From an uncultured Nitrososphaeraceae archaeon (GTDB taxonomy: Archaea > Thermoproteota > Nitrososphaeria > Nitrososphaerales > Nitrososphaeraceae), in assembly GCA_963779615.1 (NCBI GenBank), contig CAVZZA010000005.1, positions 64,001 through 128,000 on the forward strand: a DNA stretch of 64,000 bases, written 5' to 3'. Shown here piece by piece: positions 10,507 to 20,973 of this stretch (within the stretch, counting starts at the first letter, position 1; the number at the start of each line of letters is the position of its first letter). The notes under the pieces are model-generated. The model searched no databases, had not been told where the DNA came from, and saw nothing but the letters and a program-made list of their open reading frames with translations. Made by a program: the position numbers and the translations under genes.

Positions 10507-10800
10507 TTGACAGCAACAAAGAAAGAATTAAAACAAAAGGAAAATTTAGAAAAGTTAAATAATGCAACTACAACCCTTGAGGCATTAACCAAAAATATTA
10601 ACATACAAAGAAACATCAGGAATATGATAAGAGAGGTTTTGATGATTTTGAAGGATGAAAAAGGAGGAGGCAGCATTTCAGTAAGAGCCGCAAATGCTAT
10701 CAGTATGTTAGATGGAGTGACTCAGAATCCACAAATGCAATCACATATTAGAACTTCCCTTTGGCAAGTAGTTTCAGCTTTAGAAAGCATTAGAGAATAA
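10507..10800 (+). CDS. UPF0147 family protein
   Basis: RNIR..VRAANAISMLD..P-x-M-x-SHIRT-x-LWQVVSALE. Confidence 0.88.
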   Translation: MTATKKELKQKENLEKLNNATTTLEALTKNINIQRNIRNMIREVLMILKDEKGGGSISVRAANAISMLDGVTQNPQMQSHIRTSLWQVVSALESIRE

Positions 10801-10823
10801 GATCCATCGAAAATAAAAGGTGA

Positions 10824-10967
10824 TTATTCTGAAGAAGAAGGTTTGTTTGGTTTAGGGAGCGGCGGTAGTTTTTCTAGTTTATGTTCTGGATTAGCCAAGT
10901 AATGCCTCGACGCACCCTCTCCGCTTAATATAATGTTACAGTTAATACATCTATATCTTATTGCCAA
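10824..10967 (-). CDS. Unannotated 47-aa C2H2-like zinc-finger micro-protein
   Basis: Manual translation from TTG: MAIRYRCINCNIILSGEGASRHYLANPEHKLEKLPPLPKPNKPSSSE*; shorter than anything in the ORF track. Confidence 0.6.
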   Translation of the reverse strand: MAIRYRCINCNIILSGEGASRHYLANPEHKLEKLPPLPKPNKPSSSE

Positions 10968-11015
10968 TTTAGATCAGTATTAAAACATCAAACATAGGAA
11001 AAAACCTATCGAAAA

Positions 11016-13158
11016 CTACCTCAATTTTATTATTTCTCTATTGTCTGGAACACCGGATCTTATTCGTAACCTGGAATAAACAGTACCTAGCAACATTTTC
11101 TGATTTTGATTTTTCGCCATGATTTACTAATACTCTTTTTGGTTTAATCTTTGATATGAAAGACAATATTTGATTAAAGTCGCTATGCCCACTGAAACCA
11201 TCTATTTTTTGTTTAGCACACCTTACTGGTACAACTTTCATTTTTCCATTTTTGTCTACCATACTAGCTTCGGATATAGTTCCATCCAGAACTCGTCTTC
11301 CCAATGTTCCATTAATTTGATAGGATACAAAAATAATTTTATTGTTTGGATTTGGAGAAATTTCTTTGAAATACTCTACTGATGGACCACCCTCTAACAT
11401 TCCCGAAGTAGCCATGATAATTGACGGTGAATCATCATTAAACACTTCATCTCGCTTGCCAAGACCATTTATAACTGTAAAATAAGAAGACAGGAATGGA
11501 TTGATACCTTGTAATACGGATTTTCTCACATCATATCCTAAATAATGAGCATAAGACATATGAATAGCACTAGCTTCCGAGATCATTCCTTCTATAAAAA
11601 TAGGTGACTCTATTAAACGACCCTCTCGCATTTCCTTATCTAATACAAGCATAATTTCCTGAGCTCTGCCGACAGCTGGAACAGGAATTAACACTTTACC
11701 TCCTTGTTTTAATGTACGGTTAATGCTTTCAGTAAATGTGTTATAAACAGTAAGCTGATCTGGCATTATATCTGTGCTAGAACCATAAGTGCTCTCGGTA
11801 ATAATGGTTTCTACACGTGGATAACTAGAAATGGCACCATCCAACAGTTGTGTTTTTGCGTATTTATAGTCACCAGTGTACAAGATATTATGAGTCCCGG
11901 AAATATTAATGTGAACTGTTGCACTCCCCATTATATGACCTGCATTATTAAGTGTAATGGTAATGTCAGGGGAAATATCCGTGGGCTTTCCATAGGGTAT
12001 TGGTATGCAATGTTTAATCATTTCGTTTACATCCCGAAGTTCAAATGGCAAGTAATTCCCATTATTTTTACTAAGTTTAACAGAATCCATCTGTAATAGG
12101 GTCATTAAAGGTAATGTAGGCTCTGTACAATATACTGGACCCTTATAACCAAACTTATAGAGAGTGGGTAAAAATCCCTGATGGTCTATATGAGCATGGC
12201 TAATAACTACCGCATCAAGTTCATTCAAATTAAAATTAAACCAATCGATTCGTGGATAAGCATTATAGCTTTGGTTTTCTCCCGGGTTTATACCGCAATC
12301 CAACATTATTTTACTTTCAGGAGTTACCACAACAAAACATGATCTACCGACTTGCTTAACACCCCCCAAACAATAAATCATAACCTCTTTAAGATTATTA
12401 TATTGATAATTAGAAGGCCCAATTTTATAACCCCCTAGGACAGGATCCGATAATGCAGGTCTAATAAAACCATCTTTATTCGTATTCACTTTATTTAAAT
12501 AATCATCAGATTTTAGAAGGTTATTTGAAAGTAAACTGGGTCGAAAAATTCGTTTTCCCAATATAGAGTAAAAAATTTGTCGTTCTTTTGAGGATGATTT
12601 TAATGTAGAATGAATATTTTTTATGCTATTAGACGGAATATGAGGTGAACGTCTAGTATGGGTTATCCAACCAGTAACCTTGGCTATTTTTAAAAAAATA
12701 TCAGGTGTAATACCCTCAGGATTATTTACTTCCAATACCACTTCTCCTGTCGCCTCATCACAGAAAATAACGGATACCACAATATCCTTAGGTAAGATTT
12801 TAGTTATTGCTGTCCTGGTTTGATCTTCAGTTAAGCGTATATTTTGATCTGTTCTTATAATAAACCTCTTTTTTAGTGATTTGGATAATCCGGATAAATG
12901 AAGCGTTAGTTCAGTTAATGAAAATTCAGGGTTTTTTGTATAAAGAGCAATATTTGTGCCCTCAAACTTAGCACAGGTTATTTCGGCTTCCGGAGGTAGG
13001 GATTGTAAAATCTGTTTTTCCAATTTTTCTTCAAAATTCATCGTAACCTTTGAAGAACCATCATAATCATTTTTTCCAAAGCTAACTTTCGAGATGTTTT
13101 TAGGAGGAATCATATCTTTCTCTAGAACATTATTTTTTTCGATATTATCTATTGTCAA
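11016..13158 (-). CDS. fttA: beta-CASP ribonuclease aCPSF1 / termination factor FttA, with apparent +1 frameshift near the 3' end
   Basis: N-terminal KH domains, VGRSC, SHAHIDH, AGHIMGS, ESTYG, GFSGHSD, NHGE; removing one base at 11086-11087 restores ...ENVASTVYSRLRIRSGVPDNREIIKLR* ending at 11016. Confidence 0.93.
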
Positions 13159-13273
13159 TTTATTATTGATCCCTTAATCTAATTAGCATTTTTATAAAAT
13201 AAACACATAACTATATTGTCTATAAGCTAACCTAAATATTTATATTTTTATATTAAGATATAGTTAAAGGTAA

Positions 13274-13594
13274 TTATTTATTTTTTTGTTTTGATCTATT
13301 TTGAATCATTTTTTCAGCTATACTTTTTATTATTTTATTTTTCATCAAGCTATTTTTTGAAATCATGATATATCCTGATTTAATGTGGGGTCTTCGAGGA
13401 AATCTGGCAGTATCATTCAGTTGATCTGGGGATATGTCATATCCTAATGAAATAGCTGCTTCCCTTAATTCAGAAATGGATGGATCATAAATGGCTAAAG
13501 ATTTTGAAATTTTTCTTCCCTTAGCTCGAGATAGACCTTTGTTATAGTAATCCAGCCATAATATAACATTTTCATAGTCCTTCATTATAATCAA
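13274..13594 (-). CDS. srp19: Signal recognition particle protein SRP19
   Basis: ILWLDYYN..SRAKGRKI..P..EL..AA..LG..FPRRP. Confidence 0.9.
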   Translation of the reverse strand: MIIMKDYENVILWLDYYNKGLSRAKGRKISKSLAIYDPSISELREAAISLGYDISPDQLNDTARFPRRPHIKSGYIMISKNSLMKNKIIKSIAEKMIQNRSKQKNK

Positions 13595-13639
13595 TAAGTA
13601 ATCCTAATTCGCATTTTTAAAAGTTTAGAATTATTAAGG

Positions 13640-14306
13640 GGCTCTGTTCACTTAGGCATTTTTAACTCATTGTTATGGTAATCTACAAAAAACCGCCGCC
13701 GATTCTTTACATGCTTTAGCTTGCAATTCTTTCCCCTACAGGGAAAGTAGTCATCGAAACTTTCTGTTCTGTCCTTGATGTAATGCGTGGGTCGTTCAAT
13801 CAGGCTTTTCTCCAGAGGGGAATGGATATGGTGCTTTAGATTCGAGAACCTGCATGCTTGAGGATGCCGCGTTCCACCATCAGTCGATACCGGGCACTTT
13901 CCATGCGTCTTGACCAAACCCTCGATAAACCTTTCAGCAATAGGCATGTTTCTCTCCCTGGATATGCTTGGTGCCAGAATCTGCCTGTCTTTTGGATCAA
14001 TGGCAGCCCAGAGCCAGATGCATTTAGAACCAGCCTTGATTAGTGTCTCATCCACTACGTACCCAAAAATCTTTTTTCTTTTTGTTGATATCCTTTGAGG
14101 ATGGTGTATCTGAATCCAGTTCCATATTGGGACATGGTTTCGCCTGACAAAACAGGACAGTCTTTCTGATGCCCTTCTCAATGATAGCCCTGAAAAATAC
14201 AGATACAAACCATAGCTAATGTACTCTGATGGTGTTCTGTTTCTGCAAACCATATAGGAGATAGGACATCTTCAAGCTATAGCCTTATGGTTAGGTGAAC
14301 AGAGCC
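13640..14306 (-). mobile_element. IS6-family insertion sequence, 667 bp
   Basis: IRs GGCTCTGTTCACTTA / TAGGTGAACAGAGCC; 8-bp target duplication TATTAAGG / TATCAAGG (7/8). Confidence 0.9.
13648..14253 (-). CDS. IS6-family DDE transposase (open frame, diverged residues)
   Basis: VDETLIK, WLWAAID, STDGG, YIKDRTESFDDYFPC; paralogous to 2694-3296. Confidence 0.9.
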   Translation of the reverse strand: MVCRNRTPSEYISYGLYLYFSGLSLRRASERLSCFVRRNHVPIWNWIQIHHPQRISTKRKKIFGYVVDETLIKAGSKCIWLWAAIDPKDRQILAPSISRERNMPIAERFIEGLVKTHGKCPVSTDGGTRHPQACRFSNLKHHIHSPLEKSLIERPTHYIKDRTESFDDYFPCRGKNCKLKHVKNRRRFFVDYHNNELKMPK

Positions 14307-14314
14307 TATCAAGG

Positions 14315-14626
14315 TTATCTTTTCTTTTTAACTGTAATTCGACAATCACTTACAATTGGATTGTAGATTCTTAAATTATCGCACATTTCTGTTATTTTTG
14401 TTTTAGCATCTTCAATATTTTTTGCGATTAATTCAATTTTTATGGATTTTGCTGTCCTTACAGATATAATATCATCATAACCTTCTTTTAGAATAAGATC
14501 ATGCAGTATGGTTTCTCCCTCAGGGTCATTTAGAAAGTGTTTATTTTCTATATTAAGAATAGCTGAAAATACGATTCCTTTGTTGTTATTTAATTCAACC
14601 ATACCAACTAAATAACAATAAGGCAC
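14315..14626 (-). CDS. purS: FGAM synthase subunit PurS (true start probably downstream)
   Basis: DPEGETI..SVRTAK..MCDNLRIYNPIV. Confidence 0.9.
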   Translation of the reverse strand: MPYCYLVGMVELNNNKGIVFSAILNIENKHFLNDPEGETILHDLILKEGYDDIISVRTAKSIKIELIAKNIEDAKTKITEMCDNLRIYNPIVSDCRITVKKKR

Positions 14627-14676
14627 AATAAATACAAAAGCTTTTAATTACCTCATTTAATTGATAATAATTTTAT

Positions 14677-14750
14677 GGTCATGTAGCTCAGCTTGGCAGA
14701 GCGAAGGTTTTGTAAACCTTAGGCCGCGGGTTCAAATCCCGTCATGACCT
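14677..14750 (+). tRNA. tRNA-Thr(TGT)
   Basis: Cloverleaf: acceptor GGTCATG/CATGACC, D-arm GCTC/GAGC, anticodon arm AAGGT-TT-TGT-AA-ACCTT, T-loop TTCAAAT. Confidence 0.93.
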
Positions 14751-14801
14751 TATTTTATTGTCAACAAGTATAATTCTTATTGATTAATTTGATAGCTTTA
14801 T

Positions 14802-15146
14802 TTGACAGAAGAAGATGTAAGTAATAAGGAATATACACATTTGTCTATGGAATTGTTAGGAGATATTTTACATTTTTCAAAGAGCGGAAGATTGATTGTT
14901 AAAATTGATAATTATAAGCCATTTATGAAGTCAGGACAAAATATATCAGACAATCAAGGGAAAAAAATAGGTAAGATTTCTGAAATCCTAGGACCTGTCA
15001 GGTCACCCTATGCATCTGTCGTTCCCTTTATTCAGAAAAGAAATAAATTATCTGGAACAAAAGTTTACATTTATGAAAATCTGAACAAAACCTATAAATC
15101 AAAAAAAAATAAACCCGTATTTCAAATAAAAAGGAACAAAAAGTAG
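14802..15146 (+). CDS. gar1: H/ACA RNP subunit Gar1/Naf1
   Basis: LHFSKSGRLIV..IGKISEILGPVRSPYASV; upstream of tfb. Confidence 0.88.
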   Translation: MTEEDVSNKEYTHLSMELLGDILHFSKSGRLIVKIDNYKPFMKSGQNISDNQGKKIGKISEILGPVRSPYASVVPFIQKRNKLSGTKVYIYENLNKTYKSKKNKPVFQIKRNKK

Positions 15147-15159
15147 GTAAACATTATAC

Positions 15160-16239
15160 ATGTATAATAGATTAAACTTAAAGGATAACTGCCCAGAATG
15201 CAATGCCAATATTATTCACGATAGTATAAAAGGCGAATTTATCTGTGGTGTATGTGGATATGTAATAGAAGAGCAGCTAGAAGACTATGGACAAGAAGCA
15301 TATAATAACAATGCAATAGATAAACAAAATAACTCAAGAGCAAGTGGATTCAACAGTATTTCATATCATGATTTTGGACTTCATACCGAAATAGATTATC
15401 AGGGAAAAGATTATTCAGGGAAGGGTTTTGACGATGAGGTAAAACGGACAGTTACTAATTTAAGAAAATGGAATACCATTATTAGAATTTCCAACTCCAA
15501 AGAAAGAAGGTTATCAAATGTGTTGACTAAAATTAATGAAATTTGTTCTTTAGGGTCCTTCCCAAAAGTAGTCTGTGAAACTGCTGCAATGATTTATAGA
15601 AATTATGAAAATAAATGCGATACAAAGGGAAAATCATCTATTTGTATGGCAGCTGCGGCAATTTTTTATGCATGCAAAATATGCTCTATTTTAAGATCAT
15701 ATAACGAAATTATAAAATTATGCAATACAAGTGACAATTATCACGAGAACCTGAAATTATCTTCAAAATATTATAGATCAATGCTAATGATTTGTGAAGA
15801 TGATGAACATATTAAAAATCAAAAAAATGGGTTTAAAAAAACAAATGAAACCCTTAGTAAGGAAACAACAGAAAAAGACATTCATCCCATTAAATTAAAC
15901 CATCATTTTAGAATCTCTAACATCCAAACTATAAGCATCAGTCAATATATTTCGAAATTAGCAAATTTATCAAAGTTTGATACCAAAATTGAAAGACTTG
16001 CTTTAGAAATAGCAAAAAAAACCGAAAATCATTTATTATCAGATGGAAAATCCCCTAACGGAATTGCAGCAGCTTATATTTATCTATCATCAATACTACT
16101 AGGAGTAAATATTTTACAAATTGACATATCCAAACTTGCAGGAGTAACTGAAGTAACAATCAGAAATAGATGTAAGGATATTTTAACAAATTATAAAATT
16201 ATTCTACGGATAAAACCAAATTTTTCTAATTCCAAATAA
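15160..16239 (+). CDS. tfb: Transcription initiation factor IIB (TFB paralog)
   Basis: CPEC..CGVCG zinc ribbon, HDFGLHTEI, ERRL, cyclin repeats, GKSPNGIAAA, AGVTEVTIRNR. Confidence 0.95.
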   Translation: MYNRLNLKDNCPECNANIIHDSIKGEFICGVCGYVIEEQLEDYGQEAYNNNAIDKQNNSRASGFNSISYHDFGLHTEIDYQGKDYSGKGFDDEVKRTVTNLRKWNTIIRISNSKERRLSNVLTKINEICSLGSFPKVVCETAAMIYRNYENKCDTKGKSSICMAAAAIFYACKICSILRSYNEIIKLCNTSDNYHENLKLSSKYYRSMLMICEDDEHIKNQKNGFKKTNETLSKETTEKDIHPIKLNHHFRISNIQTISISQYISKLANLSKFDTKIERLALEIAKKTENHLLSDGKSPNGIAAAYIYLSSILLGVNILQIDISKLAGVTEVTIRNRCKDILTNYKIILRIKPNFSNSK

Positions 16240-16282
16240 GCTAATTAAATTTCAAAGATATTTATTATGAGTAATTAACTTA

Positions 16283-16606
16283 TTGTTTATGGGCGGAAAT
16301 AAGAAGAAACCTACCCAATCTAATGCATCAAAATCCCAAGATAGTAAAAATACAAAAAAAGATGAAACAAAGAAACCTACCACATCAAAACCACAACAAA
16401 AACAAAAATTATCAGTATTCATTGAAGAGAACCAAGGGATGAAAGCTATTGGTGCTATGAAAGCTATTACCGTTCATGGCGTAGCAAGAACATTAGGCGT
16501 AAAGATTTCAGTAGCTAATAATTTTATCAAAAACTTGGAAAATAAGAATATTGTTGAAAACGTTGGAGGTTATAGTGGACACCGAATATATCAAAAAACT
16601 AAATAA
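16283..16606 (+). CDS. rps25e: 30S ribosomal protein S25e (eS25)
   Basis: MGG-x-KKK start, ITVHGVARTLGVKISVANNFIKNL. Confidence 0.85.
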   Translation: MFMGGNKKKPTQSNASKSQDSKNTKKDETKKPTTSKPQQKQKLSVFIEENQGMKAIGAMKAITVHGVARTLGVKISVANNFIKNLENKNIVENVGGYSGHRIYQKTK

Positions 16607-16614
16607 AAATTATG

Positions 16615-17007
16615 TCAAACTCTTTGAATATTTAATATATCCCCAGGTTTTGTTTTTGTTAATTCATTTATGCTATCAGTGATACTCCCGATACGATTTA
16701 ATTGACTATTATGAATGTGATCTGTTAAAAAAATATAAATGCAATCGGAAATTGGTAAATAAGCTATATCTCCCTTATTAAATTTATTTTGAGGCTTTTC
16801 TAATCCACCATTTATACCCGATTTAATATAAACAAATTTATTTTGATAATTATTAATTAATTGACTCAGAGGCAAATTACCGACTATTTTTTTTATTGTT
16901 AAAGGAGAAAGGTGTCTAGTTAATTCCCCATTCAACTCTATATCATCATTTACGGTTACAACTATCGGTATTCTTGATACACTAACTATTTCATCAGACA
17001 CAAACAA
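16615..17007 (-). CDS. Cyclophilin-like fold protein (TM1367/DUF369-like)
   Basis: L-x-RHLSPLT..LPL..KGDIAYLP..IYIF..IG. Confidence 0.7.
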   Translation of the reverse strand: MFVSDEIVSVSRIPIVVTVNDDIELNGELTRHLSPLTIKKIVGNLPLSQLINNYQNKFVYIKSGINGGLEKPQNKFNKGDIAYLPISDCIYIFLTDHIHNSQLNRIGSITDSINELTKTKPGDILNIQRV

Positions 17008-17076
17008 AACATTAAAGTTTATAAATATGAACTTTCAGCAACGTTTAATTATATATATTAATGAATTTTCATAACA

Positions 17077-17514
17077 GTGGCTGTTAAAAGGACACGGAAG
17101 AAATCAACTGGTAAAAAAAACGAATATGATGTAGAAGAAATTCAGAATATAGAAAATGTTGACGGTGAGAAAACTAATCTAGAATCAAAAGATGACAAAC
17201 CCAAAGAAAATAAAGAGTATGTAACATATGACGCTGAAATGGAGTTTAAGCTCAAAGAAGTATTTTCAGAAGAAAATAAGATTCTGATTGGTCCTGTTAG
17301 ATTAACAAGATTTGAAAAGGCAAGAATTACAGGTGCCAGGTCATTACAACTATCTCTAGGAGCTCCTACTTTACACAAAATTCCAAACGAACTAACAGAT
17401 ACAATCCTGATAGCCAAATATGAATTGGATAAAAAAACATTGCCTATTTCAATAAGGAGAATACTCCCAAATGGATTGTTTCAAGATATACCCATAGATT
17501 GGACAATAACATAA
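17077..17514 (+). CDS. rpoK: RNA polymerase subunit Rpo6 (K) with charged N-terminal extension
   Basis: LTRFEKARITGARSLQLSLGAP..LPISIRR-x-LP. Confidence 0.95.
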   Translation: MAVKRTRKKSTGKKNEYDVEEIQNIENVDGEKTNLESKDDKPKENKEYVTYDAEMEFKLKEVFSEENKILIGPVRLTRFEKARITGARSLQLSLGAPTLHKIPNELTDTILIAKYELDKKTLPISIRRILPNGLFQDIPIDWTIT

Positions 17515-17540
17515 CCAAAAACAAACTAAAGGTTTAGCAC

Positions 17541-18995
17541 TTATTTTCTCACAAACAAATACACATCATTAAAATTTGTCCCTGTATACCCCGTATAAAT
17601 ATTGGAATAAAGTTGTAAAAGTAAATTAAATGAATCGTGCCCGTATAGATAATCACAGACATTAATGTGCCTTTTTTTTAAAACATCGATTGTTTTTGGC
17701 GAAATTAATCCACCTGCTGCTTTAGAATTACCGTCTATACCGTCAGTTCCTATGAAAATAACAGAGTAATCTTCAATTTGACAATCACAAAAAAAATTCA
17801 GTAAATGGCATAAAGACTCTTGGTTTCTTCCACCCTTGCCAATGTTTTTTCCGATGATGGTATTTGTTATCTCCCCACCAATTAAAATACAACTATTTTT
17901 TTTTAAAAAATCTTTGACTATTTTTTTTGATTCATCAATAAACTCTAGGATGGAATTATCGTAATTCAAACGTAAATATTTCATTTCATATTTAAGACTT
18001 TTAAGATACTGTGCGATGAAATTACAAAAAACGGTGTTGTTACCAATAATAAAATTGCTAACATCCTTTTTAATGAAATCTTTATGTTTTAGTGTTTCAG
18101 GTATTTTTGATTTAATACCCAAATTTATTGTTTCCAAAGCCCTCTTAAGCGAAATGTCATCCTTATTTGATAAATGGTATTTATCAAAAATGCATTTAGC
18201 ATTTAGAAATGTTGATTCATCAAAGACAGTCAATCCGGAACCAATCGTATTTAGATAATCGCCTACCACATCTGAAAGAATCAAGCTTATAACACAGCAT
18301 TCATCATCTATATTTTTTAAAATATTCCCACCTTTAATATTGGATAAATGCTTTCTAACAATATTAATTTCTCTTATATTTGCACCACAAGTCAGTAAGT
18401 ATTGGTTTACAATTTTTTTATCTTGTAAATTCAGGGTGCTCAATGGTGAAACCATTAAAGAAGAGGTACCTCCGGATATTAAAAAAATTATCAAATCATT
18501 CCTCTTTGCTTTTTCTAACAAATCAATAACTTTTTTTGAGGCAGTTAAACTATTATTATCAGGAATTGGGTGAGACGATTTTATGACAGTTATTGTTTCT
18601 TTTTCTATGAAATCATTTTCAAAATATTGCATATTCAAAATTTGTCCTTTTGGCATTATCAATATGCTTCGTTTAATTTTTACATTAAAAATATCATAGA
18701 TCGATTTAAGCATTTTCGCAGAGGCTTTCCCCACGCTTATTACATAAATTGAATTCACATTGGCCAAATCAAAAGTTTTGCAATAATTGTCAATATCATA
18801 AACTGTTAATGACGAATTCAAATGAACTTTTTCTTTTACAATTTTCTCAGGCCTAGCATTATAGAAAGCAAATTCCAACGCGCTAATCGAATCTATTACC
18901 GATTTATAATCATGGTGTTCAAACAAAAGTTTTTTATTTTTTATAATATTCATCTCTGAACTATTTTCAGAGTTAAAATTTTCGTTATCTTTCAT
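17541..18995 (-). CDS. Glycerate 2-kinase (MOFRL family)
   Basis: GKAS, SHPIPD, ISGGTSSL, SDVVGD, GGE, GGRNQE, GTDGIDG, TGTNFND. Confidence 0.9.
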   Translation of the reverse strand: MKDNENFNSENSSEMNIIKNKKLLFEHHDYKSVIDSISALEFAFYNARPEKIVKEKVHLNSSLTVYDIDNYCKTFDLANVNSIYVISVGKASAKMLKSIYDIFNVKIKRSILIMPKGQILNMQYFENDFIEKETITVIKSSHPIPDNNSLTASKKVIDLLEKAKRNDLIIFLISGGTSSLMVSPLSTLNLQDKKIVNQYLLTCGANIREINIVRKHLSNIKGGNILKNIDDECCVISLILSDVVGDYLNTIGSGLTVFDESTFLNAKCIFDKYHLSNKDDISLKRALETINLGIKSKIPETLKHKDFIKKDVSNFIIGNNTVFCNFIAQYLKSLKYEMKYLRLNYDNSILEFIDESKKIVKDFLKKNSCILIGGEITNTIIGKNIGKGGRNQESLCHLLNFFCDCQIEDYSVIFIGTDGIDGNSKAAGGLISPKTIDVLKKRHINVCDYLYGHDSFNLLLQLYSNIYTGYTGTNFNDVYLFVRK

Positions 18996-19085
18996 AATAA
19001 AAATCCATATCCGGGATTTAAATCATTTTATCAAAAACAAAGTACAATTAAATAAAAATATATATTGTATTTTTTATAGTTTAGG

Positions 19086-19508
19086 ATGATTAATTTTTAT
19101 ACTCCAGATCAAGCCAATAGTCTTCTTCCAGAAATCAAAAAGAGATTTATCAAAATTATGAATAAAAGAAATGAAATTGTAACGATTCAGAATGAATTAA
19201 ATAGTATTATGAGCTATGATCGACCATTTGAGATTTTTTTTGAAAAAAAAAATGAGCTGAACAGAACAATATCTTCATTATATAAAGAAATAGAGGAAGT
19301 GGAGGAATTGGGTGTTCTAATAAAAAGCTTGGATGAGGGACTAGTTGATTTTGCGTCTAAGAGATTTGAGGAGGAAGTATGGTTATGTTGGAAGGTAGAA
19401 GAAGAAAAGATTAGGTTTTGGCATGGTAAAAACGAAGGATTTACTGGAAGAAAACCATTGTCAGTTAAAGGTAATTATAATGAAGATAATTTAGAGGATT
19501 TAAGATAG
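19086..19508 (+). CDS. DUF2203 family protein
   Basis: GLVDF..VWLCWK..WH....GF-x-GRKP. Confidence 0.85.
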   Translation: MINFYTPDQANSLLPEIKKRFIKIMNKRNEIVTIQNELNSIMSYDRPFEIFFEKKNELNRTISSLYKEIEEVEELGVLIKSLDEGLVDFASKRFEEEVWLCWKVEEEKIRFWHGKNEGFTGRKPLSVKGNYNEDNLEDLR

Positions 19509-19524
19509 AAAAGGAGATCTTTAT

Positions 19525-20925
19525 TTGAATAATAAACTAAAAACAATTCTAAATATCGAAGGTAAACCAATTTTTGAGACCATAAATACCAATTTAAACC
19601 CATTTGAAATTTTTAAACGACTATGCAGAATTTATAACGATATATTCATTTTTGAATCACTAGACGGACCCAAGGAATTAATCAAGTCCTCAATCATTGG
19701 TTTTGAACCAAAGTACAAGATAAAGTGCCTCTCAAAAAAATTACAGATTTTCAATGAAGAAAGAAAAATTGACGAAATTCCGATAAGTGATCCTTTAAAT
19801 ACGATAAATGAATTTTTTACAGAAGTTAAAAATAACGATTATCGCTACATAGGTGGCTTAGTTGGACACATAAATTATGAATCTATCAGATATTGGGAAA
19901 ATATCAAAGTTAAAAATAACGTTTTTCCCCTTATGGAATTCGGATTGTTTACAGACGGAATAATATACGACCATGACAAAAACAAATTAGAATATTTTTA
20001 CTATTTTAAATCCAAGTTAAAAAAAATTGAAAAGATTTTAAACGATAACCAATACCAAAATGAAAATATAAAAAAACAGGAATTTACTTGTAGTAATTTA
20101 ACGAGGAATATCGAAAAAAAAGAATTTATGAAGAAGGTACGTAAGGTAAAAAAATATCTCAATAATGGAGATATTTTTCAAACAGTTTTATCAAAAAAAA
20201 TAAAGTTTGATTGTGATGGAAAACCTCTATTTCTATATCAAAATCTCCGAAAAATAAATCCTTCACCATATATGTTTTATTTCAAATTAAACAAGAATGT
20301 TCTAATTGGCTCAAGTCCAGAGATGTTACTTAGAATCACAGAAAATAAAGTTGAAACATACCCAATTGCGGGATCAAGACCAGTAATGAAAGAAAAACAC
20401 TTGACTGAAAAATATAAAAATGAAATGCTTTGTGACGAAAAAGAAATAGCAGAGCATACGATGTTAGTTGATCTAGCAAGGAATGATTTGGGAAAAGTTT
20501 GCAAATTTGGAACAGTTAATACAGATGAACTAATGAGTGTTAAACAATTTAGCCATATTCAACATATTGTTTCGCATGTTACCGGCGAATTGGATAATAA
20601 ATACAGTGTATTTGATGCATTCAAAGCAGTATTTCCCGCAGGAACCGTTACTGGCGCTCCGAAGGTTAGATCAATGGAAATAATTAATGAATTAGAGCCT
20701 GAAAGTAGAGGACCCTATGCAGGTGCAATTGGTTACTTTTCTTTTAACAAGTCATGCGATTTTGCCATTACGATCAGATCGATTTTCATCAATAAAAATA
20801 GAGGATATAATCAATCAGGGGCTGGAATTGTAATTGATTCAATACCTGAAAATGAATATAAGGAAACAGAAGACAAGTCAAATGCGATATTATCATCGTT
20901 GGGTATTTTCAAAAATACACAATAA
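19525..20925 (+). CDS. trpE: Anthranilate synthase component I
   Basis: FES, GDIFQ, NPSPYM, GSSPEML, PIAGSR, EHTMLVDLARND, FPAGTVTGAPK. Confidence 0.92.
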   Translation: MNNKLKTILNIEGKPIFETINTNLNPFEIFKRLCRIYNDIFIFESLDGPKELIKSSIIGFEPKYKIKCLSKKLQIFNEERKIDEIPISDPLNTINEFFTEVKNNDYRYIGGLVGHINYESIRYWENIKVKNNVFPLMEFGLFTDGIIYDHDKNKLEYFYYFKSKLKKIEKILNDNQYQNENIKKQEFTCSNLTRNIEKKEFMKKVRKVKKYLNNGDIFQTVLSKKIKFDCDGKPLFLYQNLRKINPSPYMFYFKLNKNVLIGSSPEMLLRITENKVETYPIAGSRPVMKEKHLTEKYKNEMLCDEKEIAEHTMLVDLARNDLGKVCKFGTVNTDELMSVKQFSHIQHIVSHVTGELDNKYSVFDAFKAVFPAGTVTGAPKVRSMEIINELEPESRGPYAGAIGYFSFNKSCDFAITIRSIFINKNRGYNQSGAGIVIDSIPENEYKETEDKSNAILSSLGIFKNTQ

Positions 20926-20973
20926 TGATAATATAAAACAATATCATTCAGCAATTGTTTCAATGATAAACAA

